DNA from: Octopus sinensis
Lineage: Eukaryota
Assembly: GCF_006345805.1 (NCBI RefSeq)
Contig: NC_043001.1
Location: forward strand, 67,766,001 to 67,830,000
DNA length: 64,000 bases
Direction: 5' to 3'
Part shown: positions 55,399 to 64,000 of the stretch, one piece after another
Numbering within the stretch: position 1 is the stretch's first letter
How the letters are laid out: each line of letters opens with the position of its first letter
Position numbers and translations under genes: made by a program
Notes under the pieces: generated by a model
What the model was told of the DNA's origin: nothing
The model's database searches: none
Seen by the model: the letters and a program-made list of their open reading frames with translations, nothing else

Positions 55399-55452
<54 letters not shown>

Positions 55453-56682
55453 TAATTTGAACTAGCTTACAAAACAACCACAATTGGACTGGCCAAATAT
55501 CTCGAAATATCGAATGACTGGATGCTAAAGCTCGTGGAAAATCACGAGAGACGAAAGAAGCTTCATTCTATCATAAAGGAAAGCAAAAAATTTGCTATTG
55601 ATCTCGTGCAGGATACCCAAACTGAACAACCCGAGGGAAGTACGGCAACTATTGTTGCAAAGAAGGTGAAAATGATGGCAATGAAGAAAGCGCACGAGCA
55701 ATTGGCTGATAGGTGGGAGGAGAGAAACCTCTGCACGGCAAATATGTGACCCGCAGCAAACAAGCTGATGTTGACCAGAAGCAAACCCATCAGTGGCTAC
55801 GGAGCTCAGGGCTAAAAGCAGAGAGCGAAGGTTTCATCCTGGCTGCTCAAGATCAAAGCCTATTAACCCGGAACTACCAGGCCAATGTGATGAAAAATGG
55901 AGCAGACCCAAAATGCCGATTCTGCAACGACATGATTGAAACAGTGGACCACCTAATCTCTGGATGTAAAGTCTTAGCACCAGTGGAGTATAAATTAAGA
56001 CATGACAGAGTTGGCCAATATCTCCACTGGCTAATAAGTCGGCATTACAATATCAAAACTGCCGACAAGTGGTATAATCACCACCCTGAGGCTGTAACTA
56101 AAGGAGAAAATGTAACCATTCTGTGGGACTTTCCAGTACATACAGACCGAACCATCAAGGCCAATAAACCAGATATTGTTGTGAAAGACCAAAACAATAA
56201 AGTTTGCTTATTGATCGATATGAGCATCCCCTGTGATCATAATATCTCAGCGAAAGAGTTTGACAAGCTCAGAAAATATAAAGACCTACTCATTGAAATT
56301 GAGAAAATGTGGCATCTCAAGGCGGTTACAATACCAGTGATCGTAGGAGCACTAGGAATAATCAAGAAGGGAACCGAAAATTATATGAGAATGATCCCTG
56401 GCTTACCATCCCTGCAAGAAGTGCAAAAGATTGTCTTAACTGGTACATCACACGTATTGAGAAGAGCATTGTCGATGTGAGAACTGTTGGTGCTCATGTA
56501 TTTTAATTTAACTTAAAAAAAAAAAAAAAAAAATGAACGAACTACTGAGTTTGGTTTAATGGCCTACCAATGTATACTATGAGTTTCTTTGCCCTAGGAG
56601 TCGGGAAGACACTCGGCAAGAAATGGAAGCAAATTTGAAAGAAGAAAAAAAAAGTAATAATAATAATAATAATAATAATAAT
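55453..56682 (+). mobile_element. R4/Dong-clade LINE, 5'-truncated (CCHC plus RLE endonuclease), flanked by (TAA)n
   Basis: WLRSSGLKAESEGFILAAQDQSL, CRFC...ETVDHLISGC, ILWDF, KPDIVV...LIDMSIP, IPVIVGALG. Stop at 56480. (AAT)n lies upstream (55400-55452) and (TAA)n downstream (56655-56682). Confidence 0.92.
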
Positions 56683-58456
56683 TTATTCTTTTATTGGCCA
56701 CAAGGGCTAGTATAAATATACATAAAATTACATGTAACAACATAAAAGACGAACACAAAACGATACAATGGGTTTTCAAATCAAGTAAACATTATAAAAA
56801 ACAATGAAAAGTTAAAATTAAACAAAAATAAAATCTCCCAATATGGGGTGGCGCTTTAAGGTTACTCGTGGAAAACCCCACAAAAAGCCACTTGTGCTTG
56901 ATCAACAGAGCAAGAGCCCTTCTCCTTTTATTTCTTCACAGGTGTATGCTCAGAATTTGTCCTTTCACACTGGCCAATCTTCTAACATTCACCCTCTTTT
57001 CAACAAACTTGCTAGAAGGCAACACTTCCCTTTCCACCCTCACTTTCCTCTTCAAGTGAATCTTGCAAAAGTTGATGAGGGTTTGGCCAAAGAAGAAAGT
57101 GTCTGACTTTAGCCCTTTCAGACGAGTCCACCATACTACCTCTCTCGCTACAGCCACCAGACAATTAAAAATTGCCTGCTGCTCCTCGCCAAAGGATGGT
57201 GGCGGGGCAATCTTCAATATGGATTCAGCTGGTAGCCAGATCCGTCCCACACGTGACATCAGGTGTTCAACATAAACCCACAGGTCAGCAATGCTCAGGC
57301 ACTGGACTAGGGCGTGCAGAACGGTTTCGTCTCTCTGCGCACTCTTCGGGCAGGCCCGGCTGACGGCAATTCCGTGCCTGTAAAGTTTATCCCGAAAGGA
57401 CAGCGCCCCTCGGTAGCACTGCCAGGCAAGGGATTTCTGGAAGTCATCCATAGGCCCAGGCCCGAAATTTCTCCGAATCAGGCCGGTTAGTTGATCCTCG
57501 TCGACGCCTAGAGTTTCTCTGAGAACATCGTCGCACTTCCCTTCCACTAGCCCTCTATAGAACGTTAAAGTGGAACCACCACCGATTGCATTGCCCGCCT
57601 GGCGAAGGGCTGTGAGCGCTTGACAGCACTCGAGGTGCCAAGCGTCCCTCCTCTGTATACTCCTAATCCAGGTTTGCAGCTCAGTCAAAAAGACGAGCTG
57701 TGGAAAAATGAGTCTGAAAAACAGCAACCATACCTGCTCACCGTCAAGGAAACGCTGGAAATGCTGAGCGCATGTCTGTGCCTCAGCAGATGGATCGCCT
57801 GACCAGTGGTACCTGACCCTTCCACAAAAAGTCAAAGAGCAAGCGTACCAGCTTGGCCAACAAGCGGTCGGGACAAGGGACGATGGTCAAGCGGTAATAG
57901 ATGACGGATGCGATGTACGCATTCACCACCTCCGCTCGACCTTTCAGGGACAGCTTCCTCTCGGCCCATTTCTGGGTGAGATTGGCCACCCTGCTCGTCA
58001 CCTGGTCCCAATTTTTCGCCACCTGGAGGTCTGAACCGAACCAGACCCCGAGCAATTTAAACAGACCACCTGCCTAGCACCCCACGACACTGTTGGACGG
58101 CATGGACTTGCCTCTCCAGGTGCCTAGTTACAAGCCCACGGACTTTTTCGCGTTAATTTTTGCCCCTGTCACCGCTTCATATTCGTTCAGCGTCTCGCCC
58201 ATCAGGTCAGTGTGCCTGTGGCATAGGCAGACACGCTGTTTCCACCTCCTAGATCGCGCGGGATTGCCCTCGAAGCATCCAACTTGCGCAGTAATGGCTC
58301 GAGAGTCAATACGTACAAGAGGGAGGAGAGAGGGCATCCTTAGCGGACCGAACGCGAGATGTCAAACAGCTCTGAAAGGTGACTGTTCACCTGTATTATC
58401 GAGCAGATGTTGCTGTATAAAGCAGCGATCCACCCGCGGAAGACCGAAGCCGGTGA
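56683..58456 (-). mobile_element. Tx1/L1-clade LINE, 5'-truncated (RT end, C-terminal domain, 3' UTR)
   Basis: SVR.GCPLS, LGVWFGSDLQ, LSLKGRAEVVNAYIASVIYYRLT, FQKSLAWQCYRG.L..RDKLYRHG. Clearly paralogous to the 43.4-47.7 kb element, and shares the 3' terminal ...CCCTTGTGG(C/G)C...AAAAGAAT. Confidence 0.88.
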
Positions 58457-58608
58457 ATTCAAATTTTGGCACAAGGCAGTAGTTTCGTAGGTGAGGAGCA
58501 AATCAATTATATCCACCCCAGTGCTCAACTAGTACTTATTTCATCGATCCCGAAAGGATGGAAGTCAATGTCAAGCTAGCATTTGAACTCAGAACGTAAA
58601 TAGCAATG

Positions 58609-58656
<48 letters not shown>

Positions 58657-58715
58657 TAATAATAATAATAATAATAATAATAGGCCACAAGGGCTTACAT
58701 TAAAAACAACATGAA

Positions 58716-60056
58716 ATAATAATAAGTACTCGGATATTTTAGAAATGAATAAATTGATGGAGAAAGATATGACAGAAAAATTAAAAGTGGAATACTTGTG
58801 CAGTCTGAGACTAATCCTTAAGTCGAAATTAAACGGACGGAATAAGATCGAAGCTATCAACACCTGTGCGGTTTCACTCCTTAGATATGGAGCAGGGGTA
58901 ATCGCATGGACAGTAGACGAACTAAACAACTTAGACAGAAAGACAAGGAAGATGCTAACTAGACATGGGTCACTCCACCCCAAAAGTGACACAGACAGAC
59001 TGTATGTACCAAGAAAAAGAGAGGGAAGAGGACTTATTGGAAGGGAACACAGCATTAGAGCAGAAGAAAACAACATAGTATAGTATGTAAAAAATGCCAA
59101 AGAACCGCTATTATTAGAAGTAAGAAGGTCAGGCTTGTGTGAGATGAAAGATAGCAAAGATAAAGCAGTAGACAAGAAAATGAAAACGAATAAAACTAAA
59201 AATAGGTTGGTAAAGAAAAGAATGCATGGTCAGTTTCATAGAGATGTTGAAGATAAGATAGACAGAGAAAAATATGGCTGTGGATGACTAAAAGTGATTT
59301 AAGACTGGAAACGGAAGCTCTAATCTGTATTGCCCAAGAGCAAGCACTAAGAACAAATTACATAAAATACAGAGTAGACAACACAGCAGAAAGTGATAAG
59401 TGCAGAATCTTTGGACAAAACGGTGAAACTGTATGGCATATTACCAGCCAATGTATGCCACTAGCCCAGAAGGAATATAAGAGACGCTACGACAATATAG
59501 CCAAGCTTGTCCATTGGACACTTTGCAACAAGTATGGACTTGACAGAGCAAAAAGTTGGTACGACTGAAGGCATCGTCAAGAATAGAAATGCAAAGATCC
59601 TGTGGGATTTTATGATTCAGTGCGACCATGAGATAGAGAACAGGAAGCCAGGCATAGTCTTAATTGAGAAAGAAAACAAATTATACTGGATCATTGACAC
59701 AGCATGCCCAACTGACAACGAGGTATGCGATAAGGAAGAAAGAAAAGTCGAGAGATATGACAGGTTAGCTTGGGAAGTTAAGCAGTTGTGGTCGATGAAA
59801 AAGGTAGTGGTTGTACGAATAATTGTCGGAGCCCTGGGAACAATGAGCAAAAATCTTGAGAAGTACGTGGAACAAATAGGGGCTGCAATAAGGGTGGAGC
59901 ACGTGCGGAAAACATCACTGCTTGGAACCGCTCGAATACTCCGGAAGCTACTCGAAAAATAAAAGATATTACCTTAGACCACTGGTAGTGAACAGCTGAA
60001 ACCGTAATACATCTCCAGCGTTAGAAGCTGTACAAAGGCAATGATAATAATAATAA
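58716..60056 (+). mobile_element. R4/Dong-clade LINE, 5'-truncated, second subfamily
   Basis: ILKSKLNGRNKIEAINT, HPKSDTDRLYVPRKREGRGL, LETEALICIAQEQAL, ILWDFMIQCD, KPGIVLI...IIDTACP, IIVGALG. TAA repeats at both ends. Confidence 0.88.
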
Positions 60057-60274
60057 TTCTTTCTATTATAGGCACAAGGCCTGAAATGTAGGTGACGAAG
60101 TGGTTAAGTCAGTTCCATTGACCACAGTGTTCAACTGATACTTATTCTATGGACCCCGAAAGGAAGAAAGGCAAAGTGTACTTCGGCGGAATTTGAACTC
60201 AGAATGTAAGGACGGACGAAATGCTACTACGCATTTTGCCTGGCGTGCTAGCGATTCTACCAGCCCGGTGTTCT

Positions 60275-60367
<93 letters not shown>

Positions 60368-60600
60368 CTTTTCTACTAAAAGCACAATGCCTGAAATTTT
60401 GGGCGTAGGGACTAGTCGCTTACATTGACCCCAGTGTTTCACTGGTACTTAATTTATCGACCCCGAAAGGAAGAAAGGAAAAGTCGATTTCAGCGGAATT
60501 TGAACGTAGCGGCAGACGAAATACTGCTAAGCATTCCGCCCAGCGTATTAATAATTCCTTCTGTTATAGGTACAAGATCAGAAATTTTGTGGGAAGTTGC
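60057..60600 (-). mobile_element. Two tandem family-B SINEs separated by (AAT)n(AGT)n
   Basis: ggcacaaggcc/agcacaatgcc…gaccccgaaagga…ggcggaatttgaac motifs repeated. Microsatellite at 60277-60366. Confidence 0.8.
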
Positions 60601-61144
60601 TGGTTGACTGCATCGACCTGAGCGCTCGAACGCCTCTTCATAGACACTCACTCCCAGAAAGTGAAGGTTTATCCTCGGTTTGTCCTCCGAGAGTTGCTAT
60701 CTTCTAAGGCCGCCAAGCCCATTGATAGGGCCGGTGTAGCTGTGGACAGTAGTACCCTCTCCTAGAGACACACTTTGACAAAAACTAAGGAGTGTCTCAT
60801 TCCCAGTAGTCTTCTAGTCATGGCCAATGGCCACTTTAAGAGCATTATAGGCACCACCTTCGAGCAAAGCAATGTACTGAGATCTCGAAATACACAACAA
60901 CGGCCATAAATAAATTATAATTTGCTTCTCCACCCCGAAACATGGGGCTGCCAGGAAATTACCTAGTCTGCCTATACTTTAAGGTAGCACTGTTTACAGC
61001 AAGCCGGACACTAACCTGAAATTTCACAAATATCTTTTGTTATCCGGCAGGTTTATAGTCGGTTGTACCAGTTGTACCAGACAAGATGTTATCAGTAGCG
61101 CTCGTGTATTATTATATATGTATATATGTGCTTTAATGACTATA

Positions 61145-61262
61145 AAACGTATTATAACCTCCCCCGACGGTATCGTTAGCCCGTTCATACATTTGATTTT
61201 GCCTCTCTTCAAGACTAATACACTACACTTTCTCAGTCCGAACTCTATCAGCACTGAAGGTA
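61145..61262 (-). mobile_element. Short R4/Dong-type RT fragment
   Basis: IEFGLRKCSVLVLKRGKI..NGLTIPSGEVI matches the post-YMDD segment of the neighbouring elements. Confidence 0.55.
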
Positions 61263-61304
61263 TACACCGTATTTTATTTATTTATTTATTTTTATTATTA
61301 TTAC

Positions 61305-61358
<54 letters not shown>

Positions 61359-61362
<4 letters not shown>

Positions 61363-64000
61363 TAGTTTTAGTTTTATTGCGTGCTTTCACTTCACTACCG
61401 AGCGCAGCTGTGTGCCTTGGGTATGTGCTGTTGTGATGCTCTGATGATTTGTTGTGATGCTCTGATGGTTACCGTATGGAAAGTGTTCTGCGTAGGATGT
61501 GTGCAGTGCCTAGTAGTGCAATTTTCTCTATGTTATATGTGTTTGTAAGTCCTGGTGATTTGTTATGTATTTGTCCGAATATATTTTTATCATGCCTATG
61601 CACCTATTATGATAGGAATTGTTTCTGTTTTTAGATTCCTCATTCTGGTTATCTCTATTTCCAGGTCTTTGTATTTTGAAAGTTTCTCCATTTCTTTTAG
61701 AGACACGTTCTCATCTGCTGGTATTGATACATCAATTAGAAAGCATTTTTTTCCTTCATGATCTCTGACAACTATATCTGGTCTGTTGGCCTTAATTTCT
61801 CTATCTGTGTGTATTGGCATATCCCAGTGTATGGTTGCTTTCTCGTTTTCTGTGACCTTTTCTGGTGTGTGCCTATACCATCTTTTTTCTGTTGTTATTC
61901 CATAATGCTGGCATAGCTTCCAGTGTATGTAGGTTCCAACTCAGTCATGTCTGTGAATATATTCCTTCTTAACCAGGACTGGGCAGCAAGAGATAATATG
62001 ATTTATTGTTTCTTGTCCATCTCCACATATTCTGCAGTTACTAGTTATATTTCTTTTCATTACATGTTTTTGGTAATTTCTGGTAGGGAGGCTTTGGTCT
62101 TGTGCTGCAATTAAAAATCCCTCTGTCTCTGCTTTGAGTCCTGAGCTTCTCAACCATTGCTGGGGTTTTTCTTTGTCTATTTCTTTTGCATTTAGTTTAG
62201 TCCAGTATTTGCCACGAAGGGGCTTTTCTTGCCATCGTTTATCATGGTTCGTTGCTGTTCTATTTTTAGTTTGGATTTCATTTGTTTTATAGCTTTTGTT
62301 GCTTCTTCTTCTTCTTCTTCTTCTTCTTCTTCTTCTTCTTCTTCTTCTTCTTCTTCTTCTTCTTCTTCTTCTTCTTCTTCTTCTTCTTCTTCTTCTTCTT
62401 CTTCTTCTTCTTCTTCTTCTTCTTCTCTTTCTTCTTATTTTCTTCTCTTTCTTCTTCTTCTTCTTCTTCTTCTTCTTATTATTATTATTTGTTAGGTGGT
62501 ATGATTATTTGTTTGTATTTGTCAGCTTCCTTAAATACTGAGAACAGTTTTTTGTTTTGCTCGTGTTTTGCCGCTATTTGTATCAGTTTTCCTTCCTTCT
62601 GAAATAGATATTTTTGCAGTCCTATGGTGGTTATTTTATAGTAGTTTTCCAGCTGTATAAGGCCTCTGCCACCTTCTATACGTTGTATATATAGCCTTTC
62701 TATGTCAGATTTTGGGTGATGCATCCTAGATCCTGTCATTATTTTTCTTGTTTTCCTATCTATTTTGTTCAGTTCATTTAGTGTCCAGTTGAGGATATTG
62801 TAGCTGTAACTTATAACTGGGACGGCTAAAGTGTTAATACCTATTATCTTGTTTTTAGCATTGAGCTCTGTTTTTAGTATTGATCTAACTCGTCTATAGT
62901 ATTCTTTCTTTATTTTCTCTTTCATTTGTGTGTGTTGTGTCTTGCCTAGTTCATGGATTCCTACATATTTGTAAGTTTGGCTTCGGTCTAATTCTTTTAT
63001 TTTCATTGGTTTTATCTAGTGTGATGTTGCTACTCTTAACTAGTTTTCCTCTTTTCAGGGTTACTTTGGCGCATTTTTCTATTCCATATTTCATCTCTAT
63101 TTCTTTGGTAAATCCATGAACTGTCTTTAATAGTGTTTCCAGCTGTTTGTCATTTGTAGTGTATAGTTTTAGGTCATCCATATATAAAATGTGGCTGATC
63201 GTTTTGCCGTAACATTTATATCCGCATCCAGTTCTATTTAGCATATCCGATAGAGGTGAGAGTGCCAAGCAGAAAAGGAGTGGAGAGAGCGTGTCTCCCT
63301 GGAATATTCCTCTTCTAATAGGGATGGCTTTGGTTTCACAAGTCCCTCTTTTGTTTGGAGTTGTAGTACTGTCTGCCATTTATTCATAAAGTGTCCTATG
63401 TATTTTATAATTGTTGGTACTACTTTGTTAATGGCTAGTGTTTCGAGGATCCATGTGTGGGGGATGCTATCAAACGCCTTTTTGTAGTCGATCCAGGCCA
63501 TACTGAAGCCTTTCTTCTTTCTGTGGCTGTCTTCAGTTATGGCTTTATTGATCATTAGTTGATCGTTACAGCCAATATGAGCCTTTGCGGCATCCTTTCT
63601 GCTCTTCTGGAAACAGGTTGTTTTCGTCTAGGTGCTTGTTCAATCTTTGTGATATTACTGCAGTAAATGCTTTGTACATTGTAGGGAGACAGGTTATAGG
63701 TTTGTAGTTTTCTGGTTTTGCTGTCTCATTAGATTTGGGAATTAAGATGGTTTTCCCCTTCGTGAGCCATTCAGATGTGCATTCCTGTTAGATATTTCAA
63801 CCAGAAGTTGGGGATCTTGTCATGCCTAGGTGCCTTCCAGTTGCTTAGTCTTTGCAGTGCCTGGGTGACCTCTTCAGTTGTTATGGGGGTCCAAAGTTGC
63901 TCAGATGCTAAGTTTGTTGTTTTAATAGTCCTTTTTTTTGGTTGTTCATTCGCCGACCATATTTCTCTCCAGAATTCTTCCACTTCTTCTGCCGTTGGTG
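61359..64000 (-). mobile_element. R4/Dong-clade LINE, RT plus RLE, continues beyond the window; third subfamily
   Basis: WKAPRHDKIPNFWLK, AWIDYKKAFDSIPH, GIFQGDTLSPLLFCLAL, HILYMDDLKLY, HHPKSDIERLY, CRIC...ETINHIISCC, RPDIVV...LIDVSIP. The 3' end runs into (AAT)n at 61358-61290. Confidence 0.92.
62302..62489. repeat. (CTT)n expansion plus (ATT)4 inside the Dong-type ORF
   Basis: About 41 uninterrupted CTT units at 62302-62425, an interrupted extension to 62477, then ATT repeats. Confidence 0.95.

Overview
AT-rich, microsatellite-dense animal genomic DNA. The SINE/LINE families look like those of an octopus (coleoid cephalopod) genome; this is my recognition, not a database result. The only host coding sequence I can support is coding exon 1 (135 nt, minus strand, 28048-27914) of a salt-inducible kinase of SIK1/SIK2 type. 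Its first intron runs off the left end; I could not find exon 2 in 1-27913. Most of the rest is mobile DNA: three to four tRNA-derived SINE families, a decayed mariner, RTE and CR1-group LINE fragments, two Tx1/L1-clade LINEs, several R4/Dong-clade (RLE) LINE fragments at (TAA)n tracts, MITE-like palindromes, and a Penelope-like element (RT remnant plus GIY-YIG). The most notable observations are these. (1) An apparently intact type I hammerhead ribozyme in the Penelope 3' region, about 2.2 kb upstream of the SIK start codon and on the same strand. (2) An 18-nt in-frame insertion in the adjacent CR1 that is an exact copy of Penelope sequence 1.9 kb away. (3) CRE sites around the SIK promoter, one supplied by the Penelope element. 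(4) A microhomology-type deletion/duplication/inversion inside a Tx1 element. (5) A 1158-bp tandem duplication carrying a 690-bp palindrome. (6) A CpG-depleted domain at about 10.5-23.6 kb. There is a 100-N assembly gap at 9809-9908. All motif work was done by eye, and SINE/LINE boundaries are approximate.
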